Below, piece after piece: positions 7,790 to 17,214 of a stretch of DNA of 32,000 nucleotides. Under the pieces are notes generated by a model, which was given only the letters and a program-made list of their open reading frames with translations, ran no database searches and was not told the DNA's origin. The DNA is from Ktedonobacterales bacterium (GTDB taxonomy: Bacteria; Chloroflexota; Ktedonobacteria; Ktedonobacterales; JADMIN01). The number at the start of each line of letters is the position of its first letter. The stretch's first letter is position 1. Both the position numbers and the translations under genes were made by a program. The stretch lies in assembly GCA_030167145.1 (NCBI GenBank), contig CP126532.1, positions 1,680,001 to 1,712,000 of the forward strand, given 5' to 3'.

Positions 7790-8590
7790 ATGAGCCAGAC
7801 CGCGCCGGGGCAGTCGCCCCTGCTCTCTGTCGCGCTGCGCGATGGAACGTCGTTCGAGTTGTGGCCAGATCGCGTCGCCGCTGGCGCGGCTGCGTATCCG
7901 ATGGTGGATGTGATGTGGGCGGGCCTCGTCGTAGACCCGGCGCAGCCACCGCTGCCGAACGGCATGCCTGCGCCCGCTATCGGCCTGCGCCTGCGCGATG
8001 GACGCATGCTGGCTTTCACGCCCGCCGACCCGGCTAATGCCACCCGCGCGCTCGATGGCATCTTCGCCCAGCGTCCTGATCTGCGTGTCGGCGCGCCGCC
8101 ATCACCAGCGGGTGGCCAGCAGTGGGCATCCGCGCCACCACCACCGTATGGCTATGGCTACGCTCCGGTGCGCCCGCCACATCCCTCTGGCATCCCCGAC
8201 AGCGACCGCATCCTGGCGGGTCTGGCGCACCTCTGCGCGTTCTTCGGCGGGCTGATCCTCTCCGGCGTCATCTGGGGCGTCGCGCACAACAGCATGCCCT
8301 ACGCCGCGCGCCAGGCGAAACAAGCCTTCTTCTGGCAACTGGTGTTCACCGTGCTGCTGTTGGTGTTGATCGTGCCCGCCTACATCATGTTCATCTTCAG
8401 TATTGCGACTGCCGCCGCGCCGTACTCTGGTTCGCCAAATCCGTTCCCTGGCCTGGGATTCGGTCTGATTCTGGCGGCCTGGGGCATCGCGGGGGTACTC
8501 TCCATCGTGCATATCGTCTTTGCCATCATCGGCTCCGTTCAGGCATTCCAGGGCAAGCCGTTTCACTATCCGCTGTTCGGTCGCCTGTAG
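7790..8590 (+). CDS. Membrane protein with an N-terminal soluble domain, a Pro-rich linker and a C-terminal DUF4870-like (Tic20-like) TM domain
   Basis: The C-terminal half (ILAGLAHLCAFFGG...ARQAKQAFFWQLVFTVLLLV...FQGKPFHYPLFGRL) resembles DUF4870. An RBS, GAGGGGG, lies 5 nt upstream. Confidence 0.6.
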   Translation: MSQTAPGQSPLLSVALRDGTSFELWPDRVAAGAAAYPMVDVMWAGLVVDPAQPPLPNGMPAPAIGLRLRDGRMLAFTPADPANATRALDGIFAQRPDLRVGAPPSPAGGQQWASAPPPPYGYGYAPVRPPHPSGIPDSDRILAGLAHLCAFFGGLILSGVIWGVAHNSMPYAARQAKQAFFWQLVFTVLLLVLIVPAYIMFIFSIATAAAPYSGSPNPFPGLGFGLILAAWGIAGVLSIVHIVFAIIGSVQAFQGKPFHYPLFGRL

Positions 8591-8632
8591 TGGACCCGTC
8601 AATAGCGGCGGATGCAGCGTGGGAGGCGCACC

Positions 8633-9307
8633 GTGGCGATCTTCGTAGATAGCGCCGTGCTTGCGGATGTCGAAGCGCTCCGCGTGTCGTATCCGGTCAC
8701 CGGCGTCACCACCAACCCCACGATTCTGCTCGCCGCCATCGAGCAGCACGGCCAGCGGCTCGACGACATCAGCGTGCTGCGCGAACTGCTGCGCATCGTC
8801 CCCGGGCCAGTCTTCATGCAGCCTTCCGCGAGCGATGCCGCCGCGCTCACCGCCCAGGCGCAACGCTACGCCGCGCTCGACCGCGCCCGTGTGGTGCTGA
8901 AGCTGCCGATGACCGAGATCGGACTGGCGGCATCCAACCAGCTTCAGGGCGATGGCATCCGCTACTGCTTCACCGCCGTCTACACGCTGGCGCAAGCCTA
9001 CACCGCCGCTATGGCGGGCGCTGAATGGGTTATCCCCTATTTCGGGCGCATGCTGCGCGCTGGCACGGACGCGGCCCAGCGCATCCACGATATGGCCGCG
9101 CTGCTCGCCGCTCAGGATTCCGCGTGCCGCATCCTCGTCGCCAGCCTCAAATCGCCCGAAGATGTCGCCACGGCGCTGCTGGTGGGCGCGCACGACATCA
9201 CCGCGCCTGCCGAGGTTATCCGCTCCCTCGTGGCGGACCCGCTGACCACGGCAGCCGTGGCGCAATTTGACGCCGACTGGCAGCGGGCACAAGACACGCT
9301 GCGGTAA
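8633..9307 (+). CDS. Transaldolase family protein (small type-3B transaldolase / fructose-6-phosphate aldolase-like)
   Basis: N-terminus IFVDSA, then GVTTNPTIL, and the putative Schiff-base Lys in VVLKLPMT. The size is about 224 aa. A GTG start at 8633 is preceded by GGGAGG plus 6 nt; the in-frame ATG at 8612 is the alternative. Confidence 0.8.
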   Translation: MAIFVDSAVLADVEALRVSYPVTGVTTNPTILLAAIEQHGQRLDDISVLRELLRIVPGPVFMQPSASDAAALTAQAQRYAALDRARVVLKLPMTEIGLAASNQLQGDGIRYCFTAVYTLAQAYTAAMAGAEWVIPYFGRMLRAGTDAAQRIHDMAALLAAQDSACRILVASLKSPEDVATALLVGAHDITAPAEVIRSLVADPLTTAAVAQFDADWQRAQDTLR

Positions 9308-9408
9308 CTCCGCACACCCGCTGCCACTGCCCATGCTACCTGGGCTGGCTGAAGTGGCACATATTCTGCGAACTTCGTCGCGACGCCCACAACCAGGGGA
9401 GAATCGTC

Positions 9409-11244
9409 GTGCAACACCATCCTGAGCCTGACTTCGACACCGACCACTCGATTCCAGCAGTGGGGAACGGCGCGCCGCCGCCCGCGAGCGCCCGTCATCC
9501 CACATCTTCGGGCGCGCTGCCCGCTGAACTGGTGGCGCTGACCCACACCCTCGCGCTCCCGCTGCCAGTAGATCGCGCGCTCGGCGAGGCGTTGTTGCAC
9601 GCCACACGCCTGCTGCCCATCGCCCTGTGTCTGCGGCTCTTCACGCCGCACGATCACGCCCCGCGCCACCTGACGCAGCTCTGGATGTGCGAGCGCGCCG
9701 GTACCACACCAGACGCGGAACCGCTGCTGCATGAGCTTCGGGAGACTACCACCACACTGGGGTATGGCACGTATGTAGATCAGCAAGTGCTCGACGAGCG
9801 GCAACATGTCCGCCAGCCCCGGCTGCTCGCGCAGCCGCTGCTCAGTACACGCGGGGGCTTCCTGGGCGCGCTGGCCATCGAGCTTAGCGAGACGGTTCCT
9901 CCCGCCCGCTACCCCGACCCGACGTATCTGAGCGTCATTCAGCATGTGCTGGCAGCGCTGCTGGCTCGCCGCACCCAGGAGACAACGCACGCACGCATGG
10001 AAAGCACACTGCATGCGGCGGTCGCCCTGGCCTCACCAGCGCATCGTATCGAATCGAGCCTGAGCGACCTCGCCGACAACGCTGTGGCACAGGCGCGGGC
10101 AGAAGCCGAGACGCAAGTGCTGCGCGACGCGAATGATGCGCTGGCCGCACCCGCCGCCACGTTCGCCGTTGCCACACTGGTTCCCAGCGCCGCTACGCAG
10201 TGGCGTCCTATCGCGGGCGATCTCGTTGGCGGCGGTTTCACATTGTCCGAGTCGCAAGCCGCCGCGCTCCACGGATGGTTCCGCTCGCACGACGCCCTTA
10301 CCCTGGCTGGCCCGGACGGCGACGGCCTCTGGCAGGCGCTGGCGCCGCTGCGAGCCACTGCCGCCGTGCCCACCGAGCGCATAACGCTCTTGCCGGTCCG
10401 CGCGGGCGACAGGCTGGCCGCGCTCTTCGTGGTGGCGCACGCCGCTGGCCCGTACGCTGATGTGGAAGCGCTCGCGCTGGCCGGGGCGCTCGCGGCGGTC
10501 GCCGGAGCGAGCATCTATGCCATCCGGCTCGCCGAGCGTACCATCGCGGAGATGCGCGGACGCGACGCCTTCATCTCGCTGACCGCGCACGAATTGCGGA
10601 CCCCGCTGACCTCGATCAAAGGCTACGCTCAATTGCTGATGCGCCAGGCACGGAAACATCCGCTGCCTGAATCCGTGGTGCATTCCATCGAAGCGATTGA
10701 CCAGCAAAGCCAGCGCCTCGCCGAAATGATTAGCGAACTGCTCGACGCCTCGCGCATTCATCGCGGCAAGCTCGATGTCAACGTCGCCCCTGCCGACATC
10801 GTGCCGCTCGCCCGCCATGCGATAGAACGGCGGCAACCCTTCTTTCCCCTGCATCAGTTCGTGCTAGAGACCAGCGCCGTGTCGGTGATAGCGCTGGTCG
10901 AAGCGCCGCGCGTGGAGCAAGTCATACGCGACCTGCTCGATAACGCCGCACGCCACACTCCCAGTGGCGACCGCATCACCGTCACCATCAGCCAGGATCA
11001 GCGGATGGCGCTTGTCGAGGTGCAGGATGCTGGCATCGGCGTAGACGCCGCCGACCGCGAGCGCATCTTCGAGTATCTCTATCGCGCGCCCCGCTCAGAG
11101 CAGCGCAATCTCTCTGGTCTGGGTCTGGGGTTGTTCGTCAGCAAGTATCTGATCGAGCGCATGGGCGGCCAGCTCTGGCTGCATACCACCAGCACCGAGC
11201 CACCGACTGGCAGCGACTTCCATTTCACGCTGCCACTTGCCTGA
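9409..11244 (+). CDS. Cytoplasmic sensor histidine kinase with a long GAF-like N-terminal region
   Basis: HisKA H-box FISLTAHELRTPLTSIKGYAQLL. HATPase_c motifs DLLDNAARHTP, DAGIGV and GLGLGLFVSKYLIERMGGQLWL. No obvious TM helix. Confidence 0.9.
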   Translation: MQHHPEPDFDTDHSIPAVGNGAPPPASARHPTSSGALPAELVALTHTLALPLPVDRALGEALLHATRLLPIALCLRLFTPHDHAPRHLTQLWMCERAGTTPDAEPLLHELRETTTTLGYGTYVDQQVLDERQHVRQPRLLAQPLLSTRGGFLGALAIELSETVPPARYPDPTYLSVIQHVLAALLARRTQETTHARMESTLHAAVALASPAHRIESSLSDLADNAVAQARAEAETQVLRDANDALAAPAATFAVATLVPSAATQWRPIAGDLVGGGFTLSESQAAALHGWFRSHDALTLAGPDGDGLWQALAPLRATAAVPTERITLLPVRAGDRLAALFVVAHAAGPYADVEALALAGALAAVAGASIYAIRLAERTIAEMRGRDAFISLTAHELRTPLTSIKGYAQLLMRQARKHPLPESVVHSIEAIDQQSQRLAEMISELLDASRIHRGKLDVNVAPADIVPLARHAIERRQPFFPLHQFVLETSAVSVIALVEAPRVEQVIRDLLDNAARHTPSGDRITVTISQDQRMALVEVQDAGIGVDAADRERIFEYLYRAPRSEQRNLSGLGLGLFVSKYLIERMGGQLWLHTTSTEPPTGSDFHFTLPLA

Positions 11245-11246
11245 CG

Positions 11247-11284
11247 CATAAAAAGAGGGCAGGCGGGATATGCCCACCTGCCCT
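11247..11284 (-). terminator. Rho-independent terminator for the YtxH-like gene; possibly bidirectional, since it also sits just after the kinase stop
   Basis: AGGGCAGGcGGG-atatg-CCCaCCTGCCCT (11256-11284). On the minus strand it is followed by CTTTTTAT. Confidence 0.7.
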
Positions 11285-11323
11285 GCGCGGTCGTGTGCGC
11301 CGATGCTGCCGGCGCTCACCGCG

Positions 11324-11653
11324 CTATTGCGGAATCTGCGCCGGTTCGGTCTTGCCATTGGGGCTGACCCATGGCAGCTTCGCGCTGATCGCCTCGGCGG
11401 CTTGCGGCGCCTGCGCGCGGACGGTGCTGATCACCCCGGCGGCCTTCGGCGCGAGCGTCTGATACTGCTCCGACGCGGTCTTCGCTACTCGGCTGCCCAC
11501 TTGGCGCGCCTGCTCGGCGACCGGCGTCGCCTTCTCCAGCATGCGCCGCGCCGCCTCACGGCCTTCCTTGCGTGAAAGTGTAATGCCGACGGCCACACCG
11601 GCCAATCCTAGCGCCGCACCCGCCAACAGCGCGGCCACTTGCGCTCGTTTCAT
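11324..11653 (-). CDS. Small membrane-anchored YtxH-like / general-stress-like helical protein
   Basis: N-terminal TM MKRAQVAALLAGAALGLAGVAVGITL, followed by an Ala/Gln/Lys-rich helical segment. RBS GGAAAGGG. Confidence 0.5.
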   Translation of the reverse strand: MKRAQVAALLAGAALGLAGVAVGITLSRKEGREAARRMLEKATPVAEQARQVGSRVAKTASEQYQTLAPKAAGVISTVRAQAPQAAEAISAKLPWVSPNGKTEPAQIPQ

Positions 11654-11913
11654 GTGACTTGCCCTTTCCTGAATGTGTAAGAGTCGCCTACTGTTTCGCC
11701 AGGGAGCGCACAGCGCGACACCCCGGCCCTCGATTACGTTCTATCCGCGCGATGCGCGCAGGCGTGAAGAGATACCAGCCACCGTAGAGATGGAGTGCAT
11801 CTCCACTTCCTCACCGGCCACCAGCCATCTTCACTACTAGTATACGGCGAACTCGCCATAAAGTTCCAGGTACTATGGCGGACCCGTCTCCCAAATCGCT
11901 CACATCAACTGGT

Positions 11914-12972
11914 CTATTTGCCCGCGAGTGGCGCGACCCGCATCACCGTAGACTGAATCGCGACCTCCCTGTCGTCGCGCTCCTCGCGCTCCTCAGTATC
12001 GCGTGGCAGTGGCTCTGGCGGCTGACCCGCCGCCGCGCTCCGGCGACGCGGGCGCACCACCCACGCGCCGTCCTCGCCAGGCGCGGTAGGCGGCGATTGC
12101 TGGCGGCTCCAGCGCAGCGCCTGCGCGAATTCAGCCGCGCTGCGAAAGCGCTCGTCAGCCTCGCGGCGCAACGCCAACAAAATCACCTCTTGCAGCGCCC
12201 GTGGCACATCCGGCCGGAATGCCGTCAGCAGCGGTGGATCTTCGAGCATGCGCTTCGACGCCACCGCCAGCGGCGTATCGGCGACAAACGGCAGCCGCCC
12301 CGTCGCCAGTTCGTAGAGCACCACGCCCAGCGAATACAAATCCGACGACGGGCTGCCCGTCTCGCCCAACACCTGCTCAGGCGAGAGATAGTCCGGCGTG
12401 CCGATCACCTGGCCCGTGGCAGTCAGCGTGGTCAAATCGGTGCCCACCTGCCGCGCGATGCCAAAATCGGTCAGCTTCACCGTCAGCTCAAGCCGCGAAT
12501 CGAGGATCATCACATTCTGCGGCTTGACATCGCGATGCACCACCCCCGCCGCGTGCGCCACACCCAGCGCGGCACACAATTGCTCGCCGATGCGCCAGAT
12601 CCAATCGAACGGCAGCGCCCCTTGCTGACGGATCAGCTCTTTCAGTGTCGTGCCAAAGATGTATTCCATTGCCACATACGGCACCGGTTGACGCGAATCA
12701 TCCAGCCACGGCAAGCCCGAAGCCGCCTGCACCAGCGGCAGCGTATACCCGTAATCCAGCACACGCACAATCGCCGCATGCGAGAGCGCCGCAGAGAGGT
12801 GCGCCTCACGCTGGAAACGCGCCTCCGCTTCGGGAATCATCGGGCCGCTGGTCCGCAAGACTTTTACCGCGACGATGTGTTCGGTATGCAGGTCCACACA
12901 GCGATAGACGACCGCCGTTCCCCCCAAGCCCACACGCGCCAGCACACGATACCGATCCGCCAGAGGATACAT
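11914..12972 (-). CDS. Soluble Hanks-type Ser/Thr protein kinase (catalytically intact)
   Basis: GLGGTAVVY, VAVKVL, HRDVKPQNVMI, DFGIAR and GTPDYLSPEQ are all present. Start at ATG 12972 (MYPLADRYRVL), preceded by GGTGGAG plus 8 nt. The ORF-track start is 13008. Confidence 0.9.
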   Translation of the reverse strand: MYPLADRYRVLARVGLGGTAVVYRCVDLHTEHIVAVKVLRTSGPMIPEAEARFQREAHLSAALSHAAIVRVLDYGYTLPLVQAASGLPWLDDSRQPVPYVAMEYIFGTTLKELIRQQGALPFDWIWRIGEQLCAALGVAHAAGVVHRDVKPQNVMILDSRLELTVKLTDFGIARQVGTDLTTLTATGQVIGTPDYLSPEQVLGETGSPSSDLYSLGVVLYELATGRLPFVADTPLAVASKRMLEDPPLLTAFRPDVPRALQEVILLALRREADERFRSAAEFAQALRWSRQQSPPTAPGEDGAWVVRPRRRSAAAGQPPEPLPRDTEEREERDDREVAIQSTVMRVAPLAGK

Positions 12973-13064
12973 AACGCCAACTCCACCCGAAGCCGCCCGC
13001 CCCCGCACACCCTACCCGCGCCAGCGGACCGCGACTCCCACTTGCCATCTCAGCATACAACAGA

Positions 13065-13090
13065 CCTGGTGCGCATCGTACCACACCAGG
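13065..13090 (-). terminator. Weak terminator-like hairpin downstream of the antiporter gene
   Basis: A CCTGGTG / CACCAGG stem. On the minus strand it is followed by tctgttgtatg. Confidence 0.3.
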
Positions 13091-13115
13091 CCCATAGACA
13101 GGATGCAAACGCGCG

Positions 13116-14459
13116 TCACCTCCCTGGCAAGAAGAAGGCGACAGCCACGACCATTGCGTAGAATGCCAGTAATTGCAGCCCTTCAAGCCAGGTCGTCTCG
13201 CCATCCAGGCTCACCAGCGCAAAGACGAATGTCACCAACCCCAGCACAATCAACTCCAGCGCCGGGAAGATGATCGTCAGCACCAGTTGCGGATTGCCCA
13301 TCGTGCCGGTCGCCAGCGCGATAGCGATGCTGGCCAGCGCCAGCACCGGCGTGACGAACAGCGCCACCTGCACACTTGATCCCGCCGCCACCGAGAGCGC
13401 CCCCTCCATACGGTTATGCCACGCATTCACCACAGCGCCAGCCTGCTCGCCCAGATTGCAAACAATAGGGAACAGCACCAGACCTACGGAGAGCGGCGTC
13501 AACACGGTATTGTGAATCACATTATCGGTCACGCTGACCAGAATGATGGCGATCACCACCGTTGCCAGCGTCGCGGCGCCCAAACCCACCAGCGCCAATG
13601 GCGCCGCATAAGGCTGCCCGCGCCGCAGTGTGCGGCGCATTTCGCGCTCCTTCTCCTCAGCGGCGGCCCTGGCGGCTTCGGCCTTCGCCTCCGCCGCGCG
13701 CTCGGCGTCATCCTCGCCTGGCTCGGCCAGCACCACGGCGCCATCCACCGTGACTGCCGCGCCCGCCTGCTCACCGTGCTCTTCACGTTTTGCGCGCTTA
13801 CCCCGGTTGTTGCCGACGTTGAATTGCGTGGCGGCGACAAACGCGACATAGCACAGGATCAGGATGACGCCGAAGGCAATCGTGACGGGAATCTTGGCCG
13901 TTTCTGGATTGCTCTGCGCCAGATTGGTCGCGATGGTGGGCAGCGCCAGCCCGACCACAGCCAGCGCCAGCATCGAAGCAAATCCAGCGGCATTGTCCGC
14001 GCTGAAATTCATCCGCCCGTTGCGCAGCGCCGCGAGAAAGACCGATGAGCCAAGCACGAAGAGAATATTATTGATCACCGAGCCGATCAGCAGCCCGCGA
14101 ATGACCTCGAAATCTAATGTCACCGTCGCGCTATTGGCCGCGTGCATCTGCGCATGCACGATCAATGCGAGGCCAATCGCCAACTCTGGCACATTGCCGA
14201 ACGAAGCGCCTAACAGTCCGCCCAGCGTGTCGCCGTAATATTTTTGCAGCGTGTCGGTCAGTCTGCCGATCACACCCGCCAGCGGAATAATCGCCGCCAA
14301 CGCCAACCCGAAGATCAGCATGGTCAACTGACCAGCATATGCGCCGCTGCGGTTGAGCAGCCAGGCAACAAGGGCTAAGGGAACCGCGAGAAACAATACG
14401 TAGAGAAACCGCGTGGCTTTCACAACTACAACATCCCTTCTCTCGCCAATCAACCACAC
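13116..14459 (-). CDS. CaCA/CAX family cation(Ca2+)/H+ antiporter
   Basis: About 10-11 TM helices. Alpha-repeat motifs GASFGNVPELAIG and IVCNLGEQAGAV. The central loop is charged (EEHGEQ...EDDAERAAEAKAEAARAAAEEKERE). The start is uncertain; an in-frame GTG at 14423 is an alternative. Confidence 0.8.
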   Translation of the reverse strand: MWLIGERRDVVVVKATRFLYVLFLAVPLALVAWLLNRSGAYAGQLTMLIFGLALAAIIPLAGVIGRLTDTLQKYYGDTLGGLLGASFGNVPELAIGLALIVHAQMHAANSATVTLDFEVIRGLLIGSVINNILFVLGSSVFLAALRNGRMNFSADNAAGFASMLALAVVGLALPTIATNLAQSNPETAKIPVTIAFGVILILCYVAFVAATQFNVGNNRGKRAKREEHGEQAGAAVTVDGAVVLAEPGEDDAERAAEAKAEAARAAAEEKEREMRRTLRRGQPYAAPLALVGLGAATLATVVIAIILVSVTDNVIHNTVLTPLSVGLVLFPIVCNLGEQAGAVVNAWHNRMEGALSVAAGSSVQVALFVTPVLALASIAIALATGTMGNPQLVLTIIFPALELIVLGLVTFVFALVSLDGETTWLEGLQLLAFYAMVVAVAFFLPGR

Positions 14460-14534
14460 CGAAGCTGTGGCGCACGTAGCACGCTTATGATGCCAGGAAG
14501 CCGCCCTTCACGCAAGAGGGTAAAATCCCCTCTC

Positions 14535-14563
14535 ATTAGAGGTACTTGCTGATGTACGCACAA
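14535..14563 (-). promoter_or_regulatory. Candidate sigma-70 promoter for the antiporter gene
   Basis: On the minus strand: TTGTGC (14563-14558), 17 nt, TCTAAT (14540-14535). Confidence 0.3.
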
Positions 14564-14691
14564 TGGAGTACGCTGAGGCCATTGGTCCCCAGTATACTGG
14601 AACCAGTCATAGCGCTCGCTATGCTGGCCATCTCAGTCAGCCACGGGCCGGACGTCAGCCTGCCGAGAGTGAGACACAAAGGGGGTAAGGA

Positions 14692-15456
14692 GTGCGCGAC
14701 GAGTCTACCGATACAATGATCGAATCTAGCGTAGGGAACGAACCCACAACAGGCGCGGAGCCAGTGACGCCGATTCGTGTGCTGCTGGCCGATGACCACG
14801 CGCTGGTGCGCGAGGGAACGCGCAGGTTGCTCGAAGCGGAAACCGATATTCGCGTTGTGGCCGAAGCTGGCGACGGCATCAGCGCCGTGCAGGAAGCCGA
14901 CCGCACCACACCGGATGTCGCCATCGTGGATGTCGCCATGCCGGGTATGTCTGGTATTGAAGCCACCCGAAAGATCAAGTCCACGCATCCCACCATCGCC
15001 GTGCTGGCGCTCACCGCCTACGACGACGATCAGTACGTGATGGCGCTGCTCGATGCGGGCGCGGCTGGCTTTATGCTCAAAGACGCCCGCGCCAACGACC
15101 TAGTCGAGGCCGTCCGCGCGGTCCATCGTGGCGAATCGGTGTTGCAGCCGCATGTGGCCGCGCGGGCGCTGCGGCGTGCTGTCTCGGGGCGCACCACCGG
15201 CATCCCGATGGGAGCGATGCCGCTCTCGGATCGCGAGATGGAAGTGTTGCGCGAAGCAGCGCGCGGCCTGCCCAACAAAGACATCGCGCGCCGCCTCAAC
15301 CTCAGCGTCCGCACCGTTCATACCCATCTCGGCAACATCTTCGCGAAGCTCAGTGTCGGCTCGCGGACCGAAGCCGTTTTGCTGGCGCTACGGCGCGGCT
15401 GGATCGCCCTCGAAGACACTGAAGTGACCGCAGACCCACAGGCCGCTACCAAATAG
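14692..15456 (+). CDS. NarL/FixJ (LuxR-type HTH) family response regulator
   Basis: Receiver domain IRVLLADDHALVREG...DVAIVDVAMPGMSG...ALTAYDD...GFMLKD. LuxR HTH LSDREMEVLREAARGLPNKDIARRLNLSVRTVHTHLGNIFAKL. The start is uncertain (GTG 14692 or ATG 14716). Confidence 0.9.
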   Translation: MRDESTDTMIESSVGNEPTTGAEPVTPIRVLLADDHALVREGTRRLLEAETDIRVVAEAGDGISAVQEADRTTPDVAIVDVAMPGMSGIEATRKIKSTHPTIAVLALTAYDDDQYVMALLDAGAAGFMLKDARANDLVEAVRAVHRGESVLQPHVAARALRRAVSGRTTGIPMGAMPLSDREMEVLREAARGLPNKDIARRLNLSVRTVHTHLGNIFAKLSVGSRTEAVLLALRRGWIALEDTEVTADPQAATK

Positions 15457-15495
15457 ACGCTAGGGTGCGGCGTTGCTCACTCCGATGACATAGGT

Positions 15496-15529
15496 GACAT
15501 AGGGCGGACGGGAATGTCCGCCCTATGTC
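15496..15529 (+). other. Perfect 14-bp stem-loop between the response-regulator and kinase genes
   Basis: GACATAGGGCGGAC (15496-15509), gggaat, GTCCGCCCTATGTC (15516-15529). It is preceded by a direct repeat, TGACATAGG-TGACATAGG (15486-15503). No U tract follows. Confidence 0.6.
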
Positions 15530-15633
15530 GCTCTGTGGCCCTGTATGTGATCCTGTCAAACTGGTCCATTCTACTTGCGGCGCGCGCAGAAATGGGGTAG
15601 CCTGCCAGGAGAGGACGCGCGGACACGTACAGT

Positions 15634-17214
15634 GTGGCCGCGCCACTGGCAGCATCAGCTCGAAGGCCTGTGTCTATGAGAAGCCGTGCCGTCCAATCGT
15701 CCACCAAAGAGTTCCCGCACACGGCGTTCCACCTGCGTGAGGTCGCGCTTCGCATCGTACTGCCCTGCCTGGTGGTGCTCCTTCTCGTGTTATGGGCGGT
15801 CACCAATCCGCCTGTGCATCGGCCCACATACCCAACAGGCGCGAAGTTCCTCATCTTTGGCCTCACGTTCGCGGCTGCCATCCTGGCGCGCTGGTATCGC
15901 CAGCGTTTTGGCGTCCGGGGGCGCGCTGTGCTGGCGTTACCCGATCCTCTGTACACGCTGTACCTGGCCACACTCGTTCTCACGGGCATGCCTACCGCTG
16001 TACTCTTGGCCGCGATCACCCCCTTCGTCGAAAAAGCGCCAGATATCATCAAACGTCCGCAGCAATCCGCAGTGGCGCTGCGGCAATCCGCTGCCGCGGC
16101 GGCCACGATGTTTATCGCTGGGGCCTGCTATCTCTCCGTTTCCCAGGCATTGTTCGCTCACATGGGTTCCCTACGGGCCAACGTGGCCGCCGCGCTCGCC
16201 GCCTCGGTCATCATCTTCCTTGGCTCTACGTTCAGCCGCGCGCTCGAACAGGCGCCAGATGTGCAGAGCCTGCCATCCTTGTTACTTCATGCCTATACCA
16301 CGCCAGCCGCCCGCTTCCAGGCGCTGCTGCTCAGCATCGGGCCGTTACTACCGCTCGCCGACGCGCTCGATGATATGGAAGCTGAATTCGCCTGGATCCT
16401 TTTCCTCATCCCGCTCTGCGTCGTCTACTATCTCGCCCTGGTCAGCGTCCGCCTTCAGCAGCGCACCGAAGAGCTTCAGATCACCATCGGCGAGCTACGA
16501 ACCGCCCGCCGCCGCGAAGCCGAACTCACCGACTACGCGGCCCTTATCACCAAGGCCCAGGAAGATGAACGCCGCCGCCTTGCCCGTGAACTCCATGACG
16601 ATACTGCCCAGGCGCTCATCGCGCTCTCGCGCGGCCTCGACTCGCTTGCCACTCGCCGCGTAGACCCTCCGCTCACTAGCCGCGATACGACCTTCATTGA
16701 CGACCTCAACGACCTCGCCAAACGCACGCTCGAAAGTGTCCGCCGCGCCTGCCAGGACCTGCGCCCCTCGGTGCTGGATGATCTTGGCCTCGTCGCCGCA
16801 CTCGAATCACTCGCCGAATCCGTCACCCGGCGCGGCCTTCCCTGCTCCTTTCACATCACCGGCGCGCCCGCGCTCTCCACCAAGGAAACCGAGGTCACGC
16901 TCTACCGCATCGCCCAGGAGAGCCTCACCAACGCCCGCCAGCATGCGCATGCCACCGAGGCCGCCATCGAAATGCGCTGCGACCCCTCCGGCATTGACCT
17001 GCGCGTCTCCGATAATGGCGAGGGCTTCGACTACGCCGCACTACTTCACACGCCGACCCTCAGCGCTTCCTCCGAACAGGAGCCTCGCTCCGGATTGGGG
17101 CTGCTCGGCATGCGCGAGCGCGCCACACTGATCGGCGCCCGCCTGAACGTGAAATCCGCCACGGGTGCGGGCACCACCATCTCGCTGCATGTCCCCCTGC
17201 CGCAACCTGGCTAG
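15634..17214 (+). CDS. Polytopic sensor histidine kinase, HisKA_3 (NarX/LiaS/DegS) type; cognate to the upstream LuxR-type regulator
   Basis: H-box ERRRLARELHDDTAQALIAL. HATPase motifs NARQHA, DNGEGF and GLGLLGMRERATLIGARLNV. Several N-terminal TM helices. The start is uncertain (GTG 15634 or ATG 15676). Confidence 0.9.
   Translation: MAAPLAASARRPVSMRSRAVQSSTKEFPHTAFHLREVALRIVLPCLVVLLLVLWAVTNPPVHRPTYPTGAKFLIFGLTFAAAILARWYRQRFGVRGRAVLALPDPLYTLYLATLVLTGMPTAVLLAAITPFVEKAPDIIKRPQQSAVALRQSAAAAATMFIAGACYLSVSQALFAHMGSLRANVAAALAASVIIFLGSTFSRALEQAPDVQSLPSLLLHAYTTPAARFQALLLSIGPLLPLADALDDMEAEFAWILFLIPLCVVYYLALVSVRLQQRTEELQITIGELRTARRREAELTDYAALITKAQEDERRRLARELHDDTAQALIALSRGLDSLATRRVDPPLTSRDTTFIDDLNDLAKRTLESVRRACQDLRPSVLDDLGLVAALESLAESVTRRGLPCSFHITGAPALSTKETEVTLYRIAQESLTNARQHAHATEAAIEMRCDPSGIDLRVSDNGEGFDYAALLHTPTLSASSEQEPRSGLGLLGMRERATLIGARLNVKSATGAGTTISLHVPLPQPG

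Noticed and set aside
6471-8061. Minus-strand ORFs 6471-7430 (319 aa) and 6832-8061 (409 aa), plus the plus-strand alternative-frame ORFs 6843-7670 and 7034-7480
   Set aside because: All overlap the acyl-CoA dehydrogenase gene, whose frame carries the diagnostic motifs. The others are Ser/Arg/Ala-rich shadow ORFs.
8102-9607. 501-aa minus-strand ORF spanning the DUF4870, transaldolase and kinase-start region
   Set aside because: It lies antisense to three plus-strand genes with clear family motifs. Its translation is Arg/Gly/Ala-rich with no recognisable motif. Long antisense ORFs are expected in GC-rich DNA.
9112-10854. Minus-strand ORFs 9112-10014, 9939-10514 and 10033-10854
   Set aside because: All are antisense to the transaldolase end and the GAF histidine kinase. 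They have low-complexity translations.
11875-13161. 428-aa plus-strand ORF
   Set aside because: It is antisense to the Ser/Thr kinase gene, which has every Hanks motif. The translation is an Arg/His/Gln/Pro-rich artefact.
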